Assembly: GCA_016748015.1 (NCBI GenBank)
Contig: JAAOMT010000518.1
Coordinates: 434,001-498,000, forward strand
Source of the DNA: Geosiphon pyriformis uo1
Lineage: Eukaryota; Fungi; Glomeromycota
Length of the DNA: 64,000 nucleotides
Direction of reading: 5' to 3'
Under the pieces are notes generated by a model that searched no databases, was not told the origin of the DNA, and saw only the letters and a program-made list of their open reading frames with translations. The position numbers were made by a program, and so were the translations under genes. Below are positions 22,375-35,045 of the stretch, one piece after another (position 1 is the stretch's first letter; each line of letters begins with the position of its first letter).

Positions 22375-25074
22375 ATGACAAACAATTTTAATAGACTGAT
22401 TTTTTAGCTAATTACAAATATATTATCTATTACAAACCTAAAAAATTACATATAAATATGAATAGTCTTTCAAGAATAAGACAAAATTAACACTAATACT
22501 AATTTTACTACTACTTAATCAAATAATTAATAATAAACAATGAATTCCAAAAACTACAATCACATCAAAAATTATTTGAAAATTTTTATCATGTCAAAAA
22601 ATTGATATTTAAATAAAAAACACTGATTACAATACTAATAAAAATAATATTTTTTATACTATAACAAAATTTATTACTAAAATTATCAAAATTTAAATAA
22701 ACTATTCAAATTAGTACAATAAAATAAAATAAAAAACAATTTTATATAACATATATACAGATCTTTTATTAGTATACTTAAAAAAAATAATATTATGTAA
22801 AAAATACTTAAACATTATTTTTGGCTTTATATACAAAAAATTATTTGACAACATATAGAATTTTGTAATAGTTGTCAAAAAAGAAAAGAAACTTGTTTTA
22901 CTAAATCTTTAAATTCAATTAAAGTTAAATAATTTTTTAATAGAATTGGTATTAATTTAATTGAACCACTACTGATTACAACTTAAAAAAACTGTTATAT
23001 TATAATTGCAGTAAATTATTTTACCAAATAGTCTAAAGCCAAAGCTATTTAAAGAGCAAATACAAAATCAATGGTAAATTTTATTTACAAAGACATCATT
23101 TGTAAATACAAATGCTTGAGTAAACTTTTATTTAATAAAAAAACATATTTTGTAAACAATTTAATACAAGAAATTTGTAAAAAATTCAATATTAAATAAC
23201 TTTTATTATTACTTTATTATTTACAAACAAATAAACTAGTAAAACAATTTAACTAAACATTATATAAATCATTAATCAAAGTTTTAACTAACTTTAAACA
23301 AAAATAAGATATCTTTGTTTTATTAGTATTATTAGTATATAGAATACTAAAACAAGATATAATAAAGCACATACTATTTGATTTGACTTATAAAAAAACA
23401 GTAATATTATTAATTAATTTTACTATAAAAACATATCCAATACAACCAATTACAGAAAAAACTTTTAAAAAATATTTCAAAAAAGAAGTTATACTTTACT
23501 TAATATATTGAAAAGAAAATAATAAATTGCAGCCATTTATATTAAACACTTTTAAGCTTAACAAAAAGAATAATATAATAACAAACTATTACTTATTACT
23601 AATAAATTTAAAATTGGAAATAAAGTTTTTTTATATAGAATTAAGACTAAAAAACAAAGAAATAGAAAATTTAATCATAAATAGAATGAACTATTTTATA
23701 TCTATAAAGTTCTAAACAATAAATTATACAAATTAAAACTTAATGACAAAATTTTAGCAAAAGTTGTACATAAAGATTAATTGAAATATTATTACTTTAA
23801 AACTAATTCTGAATTATTAATTTTACAAATTAGTATATATTCTTCTTTAATTAAATCCAAAAATATTTTTCAAAACTTATAATTAATAATTGTAATAAAA
23901 CAATAATTAAATTAAGATATTTAATTTATTTATTATATTAGTATTTTTTTTAAAAAATAATATAAAAACATTAAAGAAAAATAAAAAGATAATTGTTAAA
24001 AAAATATTTAATCCAAAAATAATTTTATTTTTCACAAAAATTTAGTATTTTTCATAAATTATAATAATTATTTCTTGAAACATTTAACAAATATTCCAAA
24101 AATTAATGTTAGCTTTAAAAATATTTTTTAACTTATCTATAATAATTAATAAAAGCAGTAAATATATTTCTATTTATTGATACTTCTAAATTAAAAAAAC
24201 ACTGTACCAATAAAAACTAAAATTCAATACAAATAATCTTACTTTAAAAGCCATATAAAAACAAATTTATTATAAATTTAAGACAATAGTTGAATCAACA
24301 AATATGCACTACAAATTCAGAACAGTTTTTAAACTTCATAACTTATTTAATACTTGCAAAAACGTTTCACAAAATCTAATACTCTAATTAATAAAGATAC
24401 AATATATTGATAAGTTCACAAAACTGAAATTTTAACAATTTTTAGATCAAATTACTTTAATAATACTGAATTATTATCTAGATATTACAGATAGTACTTA
24501 GATTTTAACAAAACTTAATCTTAAGAAAAAAATTATATTATCAGTAGAAATTTAAGATATTAATTAGCATGAAATTATTTTTATAATTCTTATTATTAAT
24601 TTATATATATTATTATTTTAATTTATTACTTATTATCTTATTAAATTATTTGAATTACTATTTAACTAATAATTCAATTTGTAAATTACACAATACTCCA
24701 AACTATATAACATTCAAAAATTTACCAAAATTTGTAAAAATTCACCAAAATAATTAAATAATTTATAAAAATAATCAGTAGTTTGTTAAAAATATATCTT
24801 TAGTATAGCAAAATAATAGCAAAAAAAAAATACAAGTTTATAAACTAGTATTATAATAAGTTATATAAAAGAAAAGCTTTGTTTTTTAAAAAAATATATT
24901 TTAGTTAAAATTATTTTTTATTAAAAATATTTTTTTAATATTTTTTATTTTATTTTATTTAATGAGTAAGATCCAAACACAACTTAGTGCTATATATCAA
25001 AGAAATGATTTAAACTAAGTGTGAATCATGTACTTTCTACACGTAACCAGCCACTCGGGCCAATCAGGACAACA

Positions 25075-28000
25075 CTACACAGCTATATAAACCGAAACTG
25101 GATCACCTAAACCAGAAAAAAACAAACTGAATTTACAAAAGCCAAAACAAATACCAAAACCATTAGCAATACCAAGCAATTTGACTACACCAGCAGAAAA
25201 CCTCGAAGTCAAACCAGAGACTGAGATAAGAGTCAAGCCATCAAGTAAAATTAACCCATTCTTCTCTATATAAGCATGATGCTTAGCACGAACTGATCAG
25301 ATATTAGCCCTAAAAGTAAAACCAAGAGAATACACAAATTCAACAACTTTCAAACTGGCAACCTTAAGATTGTGGAAGATGGAGACAGCTTTACAAAACC
25401 AGCCATCAAAAACAAAACCTTTATAAAAAACTATGAACACATAAGAATCAGAGACACAGGATGACAACAGTTGCAATACACCCAAAAAGAAATGAGAAAG
25501 ACCAGAAACTGCCTTCCAAGAGCTCATATAAGATTCTAATAAACACCACCAAGCAGATTCATTAACCTTACAAGAGAACACATGATCTAACACTTCCATC
25601 TCACCACAATATAAGCACAATACACTAAAATACAGCCTACTATAAAGACACTTCCAAACAGCAACTGGCAGCCAATAGTGCAAAGCTTTCATGAAATAAG
25701 TGTATGCATTAGCCAAGAGTTTGCTGGTGAAACCAGCAGCCATATGCGAGTCAAGATGTCACACCAATAATAAGTAAAGCCAATCAACTTCAAAAAGCAA
25801 ACAACCAGCCAAAAACTTAGAACCAGATCCAATCTTCCAGCACACACAGCAAACTGAATAATAAATATTATGAACAAAATATCTGAAGTTGCTAGAAACA
25901 ATTCCACTATTAGCAATCAAAAAGTATTCATTTAGGCAGGAAGAAAGATGTCAATTAAAGAGAGAAGCAGCACCAGCAATCGTGTCAATGCATTCATTAC
26001 CCAAAATACCAAAGTGACCCTTCATCTTATGCCAGCTGACTTCCAAATTCTTACTGCAAATAGCATTGATTATATAATGATCTTCGACCCAACATTGATT
26101 ATAAAAGTCAGGACATGCCAGACTCAATTCTGATTTACAAGCGTTTAAAGCAGATTAACTATCCAAAAAAAGTAGAACAGAACTTGATGGGAGAACACAT
26201 TTTAAAGCCAGTACAATAGCTTGCAACTCTGCCAAAGTAGACAACATCAAACCCAATACACAAACACCCAAACCCAAATCAATGTCTTCAAAATATGTGG
26301 CAGCACCAGTTCTACAGCTGGCTGTGCCCAAATTACTAAGGGACCCATCCATGTATACTGACAAGCTGCTAGCACCAGCTTGCAAAAAATGATCACAAAC
26401 AGACACAAAGTTGCTAGATTCAAAAATATTCAAAGGACCAACACTATGCAAAAATGGGAGGAGAACAGAAAAGGAGCCCATACCATTGAAAAATGTAATA
26501 GAAAGCTTGAACCACTCAAGAACAGAGCCACGAGAGTCTAATCTTTTCCAACACTTGAAGATATACCAATTAAATACAGCACTATAATGATCACAAAGTT
26601 GGTCAACAAAGGCAATACCATGCTGCTAAAGAGAAGAGAGAAACTTTGACTCACCCAGAACAGCAAACATTAGAACCCCATTGCAGAATCGAAAGAGAGT
26701 GGTCAAAGAGGCACTCAGAGATAATCCACAGTCAAGAAGAACACAAATTATGCCTGCCAAGAAGTTATTAGAAGCACTGATATGAATACGAACAGAAGAA
26801 CTCAATGGATGAACAGGGTGCCAACACAAAACTTGTAGGTCATGGGACCTATAAGAAAATAAGCAGTCCACAATACCATCAGAGTTCACAAAACTAACAA
26901 GGAAGGCAATTTTACTTTCAGACTGAACTTGAGAAAAAAATTTCAAACCATAAAAAGAAGGATAGTAAATTGTATTACTGGGAAAATTGAGTGGCAAACC
27001 AGATTTAAGTTTCAAGTCCTTGTGAATAAGAGTATCCCACTTGTTACACACTTCAACAAGAACAAAGCTAAACTGCATTTTATAGCTAACTATAAGATGG
27101 AGAACTGCTAAAACCAAATACAAAAGCTGTTTATTTGAGACAGCCTTCCATAGAACCAGATTGGTGAAAAAACAAACATCTGAATTTGCCTTAGCTAAAC
27201 TAGGCTTTGAAAGACCCTCAGTTGAAAGAAAAATACCCAAATACCAATGAAATTCACCCTTTTTGGCAATAGAGATTGGTGAGCCACTGATAGAAAGAGA
27301 CGGATTGCTAACCCTGCTATTAATAAGAATGGCCACTGTCTTGTCATTATTTATAAAAATGTTATTTATCTGAAAAAATTCACTAGCAATATCAAGAATA
27401 TGTTGAGTGGTATTTCGATTGCTACCAACCCAAATTGTATTATCAACAAAAGTGCCAGCAGCAAAAAAAGAAGAAAGTTCAGCCCAAGATTCAGCACAAC
27501 CATTTTTGGAAATAAAATGAGAATTCAACTTATACTTATACACACTCTCTTGACACTTGATTTTACATAATAGAGGGTCATAAAATATGCACCATAGTAA
27601 AGAGAAAAAGACCTTTCTCTGGTCCAGATCATCATGTACCTAATAACCACTCATTAAACCAAAATCTGTCATAACATAATTGGTGCAATTCTTATAAATA
27701 CTGCCAAAAAAACGTATGAACTTGCTGCACATCTTAATCCTGACTAAATTTTTTTCGAGATGCTTCCAGCCAACCAAATTATATGCCTTTTTCATATTCT
27801 GTAAAACCAACCAAAGCTTCCGATTCTTCTCTAAAGCATCTTCAATAACCAAACCAATTGCAAAAATAGGAGACTGAGTTGATATATTTTTCAAAACAGA
27901 AAAATTGTCCCCACAAAGAACATTAAAAGTGCTGCATGCTGTTACCAGATGAAATTAGAGATATTGTTTAGCATGAAATTACCCTTATAAATCTTATCAT

Positions 28001-30720
28001 TAATTAGCATATATTATCGTTTCAAATTATCACTTATTATATTAGCAAAATATCTGAAATTATCATTTAATTAATAACCCAATTTGTACATAACACAAAT
28101 GTAACCTAAGTGTAATGATTAATCATACAATACCCCGAAATATGTAACATTCAAAAGTTCACTAAAATTTGTAGAAATTCACCAAAATAATTGATAGTTT
28201 ACCAAAATATCTAATAGTTTGCAGAAATAACTTGTTGTTTGCCGAAATGTATCTTTAGTTTAGCAAAATTGTAGAAAAGAGCAAAGTTCAAGTTTATAGA
28301 ATAGTGTTACAACAAGTTGTATAAAAAAAGAGCTTCTTTTTTTGAGAAAATGTATCTTACTTTACATTTATTACTTAGAACCATTCCTACACACACAAAA
28401 AGAAATAAATATCAAATAATTTGAAAAACCAAATTCTTTAATTATTGCACTTGGAAAATCCCCAAAACCCAACTAACATTTTGAAATTAATTAGCTATCA
28501 ATTTCAGTAAACTGTTAGTGACTCCAGGCCTGAATAGAAAACATTTCCCTTGATAGAATTCTATTTCTTTTACATTTCTTTTATTTTCTTATTACAATCA
28601 TTAGGGTAGCTTACAGATGAGATTCCTGTAGAAGAGTTGACTTTCACAGCAAAGTAACTATACATTTTAGTGAGCTTCCAGACGAGCAATTCCTGAGAAA
28701 GAGTTAACGTTTACTACAATGTAACTACACAAAGCAACTGGCATGAAATTGGCCATTCCATTTATAAGCCCAGCAGTTCAAATTATAGGAGATAATTTGA
28801 AGATAAATTCAGTTATCAGAGGTTCAAACACTTCTCATAATCATGAATTAACAGTATTACAACAAACATACAAGAGCTAAGAAGAGACCAAAAACCTCTG
28901 GTAACAATGTCAACAAAATTCTATCTGATAGAATCTTAGAGAAAATCTTATAAGCCATCTCAATCAAAGCAATAGGTTGAGTATTCATAAGAACACCTTT
29001 CTATTTATACAGTTTGGGAATCATTGAGACTCAGGCCTCCTTCTAAGAGCCAGGTACAGATTTATCAGACAAACAGGAATTTAAAAGCACCAAAAGCATA
29101 TTCAGAACTGCTTTATTACAATGTTTCCAAAACTCATTTGATATACCTAAGAGACCAGCAGCTTTATCATCAGGCATAAAAGAAACCACCCCAAACAGTT
29201 CATCAAACTCAATAGAACACATAACACCTGAAAAAGCTTTATCAAAAACATAATCCAAAGGTTGATATTGACAACACCAATTACCAGAGACATTATCAAC
29301 CACTTGATGCTTTCTAGTCCAACCTTCCATAATGACATCAATCTTAGACTTAACCAAATTGGGTTTCAGGACAAGTTCATTATCAACAACCAGATGGTTG
29401 AATACCACTTTACGAAATAGGCACTTCAGCATATTCCTGATAGTATGATTCTTATTAATCTCAAAGCTCTTCATCCTTTTATCTATAGCAGCTCTGATAG
29501 TTGCCTCCTTAGTTCTACAAAATTCAGCAAGTTTGGACATGTGATAAGCTTTTCTAGCACCACAAAGAGCAAAACAAACCCGATCAAAGCCTGTACCAGA
29601 ATCCATAATGCTTTGAATGGCTAAAGCCCCAACACTGTCCAAAGAAACCCAGCACTTCATAAGAGACTCAAAATTCACAATACTCTCTTCACATGAAGTC
29701 TTAACTATTTTAGAAACCAACAGCTCTAATTTGTGATATCTTGAAAATTCCTTGGTAAAAACATCATCAAAGCTCTTAAACCACTTCTTTTTGAACACTT
29801 CATTAGCCAAGAGAACCATAATTTTACAAACAACATTCCATATTGCATCTAAATCCAAGAACTTAACAAAGGCAGCAAACTTATTTGAAAACATCACAGC
29901 ATTTGCCAACATAGCATTTTCAAAATTTTTCTATTTAGTTTTATCAGCACCCTTAAAATCAAACTTCCATCAGTCTCTATTCACTTGCTTGTGAAGAGAG
30001 TTTAGCTGCACATCCAAAAGCCCACCCAAATCCACAAACACAGCCCAATAGTTAGTATCAAAAAATTCATCAACATTAAACACATTATGACCCACTACTA
30101 CATTAGCCAAATTCGAAGAAATGAACAAAAAATCAATAGTTTTAGCCATGTCTCAAGAGTTAGCCCATGTGGGCATTTTGACATAAGAACTTCCACCCAA
30201 AGAATTAACTAAACCAAGATCTAGGCACTTTCTGAAACTAGTACTTTTTCGAGAGCCATCTTCATTGAAGTCACCATCCAAAACAATAAAAGAGGATTTA
30301 TTAACCACTTTAGCAATCATAGAATTAATATCATTAGCCTGAGAGAAATGAACAGCCAGAGATGCCCCAGCATAAAGCCTCAAGATAGACACAGAAAGTT
30401 TATTCTTGAATAGCAACTTGACCAATAGAAGCCAACCTGGCACCTCAGAAACCTTACAAACATGACGAGTTAGAGAAGTGTTTATGATAATTGCAACTCC
30501 AGTACCAAGAAACCCTTTGTCTAATCCAGATGAAAAAACTCTAACTCCATTGAATTTATTTCTAATTCAAAGCTTATTGCTAGATCTCAACTTTGTTTCT
30601 GTAATGATTGAAACCAAATTCCCAGAATCTCTATGTCAATAAACAACGTTCTTCTACTTGGCAGGGACATTGATACTGCAAACATTACACATTGCAAAAT
30701 TCCACATAAAATCATTTATT
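25075..30720 (-). pseudogene. LINE ORF2 (interrupted by solo LTR 27940-28906)
   Basis: Pieces 30153..30443 (APE), 29043..29912, 27640..27894 and 26626..27543 (RT), 26155..26481 (RNase H), 25297..25743 (Zn finger); stop at 25075-25077. Confidence 0.85.
27940..28906 (+). mobile_element. Solo LTR, B family, inserted in the LINE RT
   Basis: TGTTACC...GGTAACA ends; 4-bp TSD ATGC/ATGT (one C>T); similar to the 3' LTR of B. Confidence 0.9.
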
Positions 30721-32740
30721 GAGAAATAAAAGAAGTTGACAAGCCCAAGCCAGAGCACAAACAATTCAATTTTTCTAAGACAGATTCAACCGACACCTCC
30801 AAAGCCACCATTTTGGATTCTAATCCACCTACTTTGGACATCAAAACTTTAGAACTACTCAGACCAAGATCAGAAACTGGGTCAGTAACAATCGACAAAG
30901 ATGGAAAAGGAGACACTGTTGTGACATCTAGAGCTATATCTGAGTCCAAATTGGATACAACAGATGTGAAAACAACCAAAAGAGAGATAAGAGATTTGGA
31001 TGCCAAAGGCACCAATTCCACAAAACTCAATTTTTTCATAATACCAGAAACTTGATCTGTCAAAAGCTCTAAAGAGTGTTCCAGAAAAGCCAACCAATCA
31101 ACCAAATAGGAATCACCAAAAGAATTAGAGTCCATTGGTACAGGCTTTGTGTCCAAAGATGAACTAGAACCTAAAAAATCTGATGAAATCACATGAGAGA
31201 AAAAACTACCAACAATTTGGGCTCAAGTTTTCTTACCAAAAGAAACTGGATAAGCAATTGGCACCTGCTTCTTTCTATATATGTTGGCCAAACAAATCCA
31301 ATTTTAAAGAGTAACCACCCACTTACCACGAACACCAGAATTCCCACCCAATAAGCATGCTGTAGAAATATGACCAAACTGTTTGCAATGAGCACAATGG
31401 GCCAAAGAAAGACCAGTCCAGTGCAAATTTACATCCTTAAATACTAGAACAGAACCAATAGCAGCCAATTTAGATGCCTCATTAACAAAGCACACAATTG
31501 CACATCTATCATGTACATAAGAGCTAGGATTACAGCCAATAAAACAAGTTTTCTTACCATATGACTTCAACAAGTTTGAAAGATCATAAGCCATAGTACC
31601 AATTGGAAAAGTATAAAGCAAAGCTCGGTGTTAATCTCTGAATACCCATGTATGTTTATTATCTATAGCCTTTACTACATGAACAGAATCCTTTTTCATG
31701 ATAACAGACCATCTAACTGTGACCAAATCAGCTACCTCAGATGACTTAAACTCCACTAAAGCTTTTTGCCACAGACTGATCAATTGCATCTTGATTGATA
31801 CAATTTTTCTAAATTTAGAAAAAACAGATTCTACAGCTAATTTGAGAAGATTGACTGAAATCTCCTTAACAACAATTATCCAATCCAAATGTTTGTTTAT
31901 CTGTTTAACATCAACATTTATCACAATTTTCTTATGAATTGCCAATTTCCTAGCCTTTTTTAGACTCAATTCAGATGTAAAAGAAGATCTAATAATTCCA
32001 AAAAATTTTAAGGGAGTCAACGCCCTCCCAAAACCATTAATTTGATAGAAGATTTTTTTTATTGTCATCAATTTATTACTATTAGTTTTTCCAGATACAG
32101 CTGATAATTTAACATCAAGCATGAAAGATTTGGCTGGCCTGAAATCGCATTTATCCAAGACACATGACTTAACAGCTGACAAACACTTAGCATCAGAAAA
32201 TTTAGAAGCTAGAAGTGTTAAAACATCATTGTTACTGTTGCTTAAATTGTTAAAAGAAATCTTGTTCAGCTTACTACCTAAAACGTATGTTCTAGTACAT
32301 GTCTTTCTGAGAGTAGCATCATCCATTTCATCATCAACTTTTGAAGCATTTGAATCAGCGTAACTTGTTTCTTTTGCAATCATATTCTTCATGTTTTCCA
32401 AGTCTGAGATGCCGCTAATACTGCTCACTTCACTGTTTACTTCACTGTTCCATGATCTCACAGGCTTGTCACTGTTAATAAGCATATCTATGAGAACCAG
32501 AGGGCCAGCAGATAACTCGACAATACTACCAACAACAGCAGGCTTCTTGGGTTTTTTATAAGATGCACTTCATGAATAAGCACTCATCTGACACTTGGTT
32601 TTAACACCCAACCAGGTCCCTAATTCAGCTGAAATAGACACTAACACACCAGTAGAAGAGCCTACCAGATTTATATTCATAAACAAAGGTATGTTGGAAG
32701 AAATAACTGCGAAACTTATAAGAGTAAGGGAGAAAAGAAA
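30716..32740 (-). pseudogene. LINE ORF1
   Basis: ORF-track pieces 31631..32485, 31304..31621 and 30716..31192; RRM-like segment, CX2CX4HX4C, coiled-coil-like C-terminus. Start position approximate. Confidence 0.75.
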
Positions 32741-34715
32741 ATTTACTTCTTTAAAAAAATCAAGCTCTCATTGTGACCAGGGGATCTAATATTTATACAA
32801 ATTATTTCAATAAAAACCATATTAAAAAACAACAAAATTCATAATTACTTTACTTAAAATTTTCCAAATTTAACAAATATTTTGAAATTAATTAGTTAGT
32901 AATTTTAGTAATTTATTAGTAACTTCAGGTCTAAACAAAAGACAATTCTTTTAATAAAATTCTTTTTCTTTTATATTTCTTTTGTTTTTCTCATTATAAT
33001 TATTAAGATAATTTATAAACAAGATTTTTATAGAAAAGTTGACTTTTACTACAAAGTAACTACATATTTTTTGTAAGCTTTTAGACAAATATTTTTGGAA
33101 AAAAGTTAATTTTTTTTGCAAAATAACTATATAAATAACTGGTACAGAATTGGTTATTCTATTTATAAGTTCAACAGTTTAAATTATAAAAGATAATTTA
33201 AAATAAATTTAATTATTAGAGATTTACTAGCTTTTAATAATTAAGAAGTAACAGTAAAACAATAATAATAACATTCAAGAAAAGAGACCAAAAATTTTTA
33301 ATAATACTATTATTTTGCTATTGCTATTGGTTATTTTATTACTTATTATTTTATTGTTATTGTTAATTATTTTATTATATATTATTTTGTTGTTACTGTT
33401 ATTTTGCTGCTTTTGTTATTACTGATTATTTTATTATTAGTTATCTTGCTGTTATTGTTAATCATTTTATTGCTATAATTTGGTTTATTACTAATTATTA
33501 TTACTTTTGATTTCTTGTTAAATTGGCTTTTTATTAACTGGTTTTATATTCAAATTATTAGAAAAATCTTTTTTTTGTATAATTAATTATTTAAAAATAA
33601 ACTTAAAAAAATAATTTATATAAAGTTTTTTTTCAAATATTATTTAATAAGATAAAAAGCCAGTAATTATAAAAACTTCTGTATTTATTGTATCTAAACA
33701 TAAAAATAAATTAGTTATTGTTTAAATAATTTAACCAATATAAAAATAATATTTTTTACAAGTTATTTAATATAAATTATGTGATTAATTATTAGTTTCT
33801 TTATTTTTTATCTATTTTAACAATTTTTGTTAAAATATATTATTTGCTTATTTAATTAATCTTTAGAATTAAAGATGTTTTAAGCATTTATTTATAATAT
33901 AAATAGTTGGTTATATTTTTGTTAATTTTCTAATTATATTAGCTATAAACTTTTTATTATTATTGGTTTAAAGAATAGTTAAAAGTTTAAATACAGTAAA
34001 AAGTTGAAAAAAAGCTTGTTATTTCTTTTATTTCTTTAGAAAAAAGAGCCATAGTTCAAAAAAATTTTGTAAAATAATTCTAAGTATAACAGATATATTT
34101 GTAAAAATTATCTGGTTAATTGTATATATCAATCAAATCTATTTGTAAATAATATATAAAGTCTTTTGTTAAAATCAGATTTATAGTTATTAATTAAGCT
34201 AAAAATTATTGTATAATATATTTAATACAGCAAAAATAAAACTGTTTTACTAAATTTTTAAATATTCAAGTATATTTATTTTTAATCTATAAATAAAAAA
34301 TTATTAGTATTTATTTATAAAAAATTAAATTAATATTATATATTATATTATAAGTTTTGCTTATTTTTTTATTTTTTATTTCTAAATAAAATTTACATAG
34401 TTTTTTATATAATTTTTTTTTTAAACAGACTGGTTTTTTTGTTTTTTTAAGATAAAGTATATTTTGTCTTTTGATTTGTGCAATATAAAAGATAGTACAT
34501 ACTTAATACTTTAATTTAGAATCGAAATTTTCTTCTTTAAAAGTATTTTTTAATATTTTAATATATTGGTTTATGTAATCTTAAAAAAGCAAAGTTTTGA
34601 CTTGTTTTTTTTCACTTCTAACTAATAAATAGCTTTCAAAAAGGTCAGAAAATGTTTTTTGAGTAAGTTATTCATAATTTATCAATGATAAATGGTGTTG
34701 AAAAGCCATAAAAAA

Positions 34716-34857
34716 ACGCGTCAAATATCAAAACTTTGATTTTTTGATTGGCTAATGAAAGGGAAACTTTTTAATGGCCAATTAACCAAATAATGTAATT
34801 GGTTGAGTTGATTCGGAATCAACACAGTGTTGAATTAATGATTCCGAATTAACTCAA
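34716..34857 (+). promoter_or_regulatory. Putative RPN2 promoter elements (MCB-like ACGCGT, CCAAT boxes, nested inverted repeats)
   Basis: ACGCGT 34716-34721; ATTGG and CCAAT at about 34748 and 34778; 19-bp inverted repeat 34803-34821 / 34839-34857. Confidence 0.35.
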
Positions 34858-35045
34858 GTTGAATTAGAATCCCAAATCAACTTAAATCCTGTTCCAACTC
34901 ATGACATATATAATAATATTAATGATAATAATAGTTTTTTTAATATAAATTACAATTGAAGAGCATACATGTGAATTTAAGATCTATACCAAAAAATCTT
35001 ATAAAATCAAAGCTTTCTATTTTGTTTTACCTTTGATCTTTCAAG

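Larger units (their letters stand above)
24944..32786 (-). mobile_element. Full-length LINE (non-LTR retrotransposon) with ORF1 and ORF2 (APE-RT-RNase H-Zn finger), inactivated
   Basis: TSD TAATATTT at 24936-24943 and 32787-32794; (TAAAA)n tail. ORF1 has an RRM-like region and the knuckle CAHCKQFGHISTAC. ORF2 has APE (GDFN, IDF), RT (MKKAYN, FVDNT), RNase H (YMDGS..AELQAI..LDS) and CLYCG..DHVFSC. Confidence 0.92.
16399..33306 (+). mobile_element. Old, heavily mutated Ty3/gypsy element B (5' end missing); interrupted by a solo LTR and by a LINE in its 3' LTR
   Basis: Relics of gag (about 16700), PR (about 18050, LILNNKFAENII from LILDSG), dUTPase (about 19385-19775), RT/RH (ORF 20936..21148), IN (about 22750-23400) and ORF3 (about 23980-24500). 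3' LTR 24536-24943 + 32787-33306 matches the solo LTR 27940-28906. Confidence 0.8.

Noticed and set aside
21484-22378. Special integration mechanism suggested by 3-of-4 TSD matches (ATGT/ATGA here, ACAG/ACAT for A)
   Set aside because: Only two cases, one beside an adapter artefact; the other insertions show ordinary 4-bp TSDs.
33307-34620. Additional element in the AT-rich tract before RPN2
   Set aside because: Probably a TE relic, but too degraded to assign ends or family.
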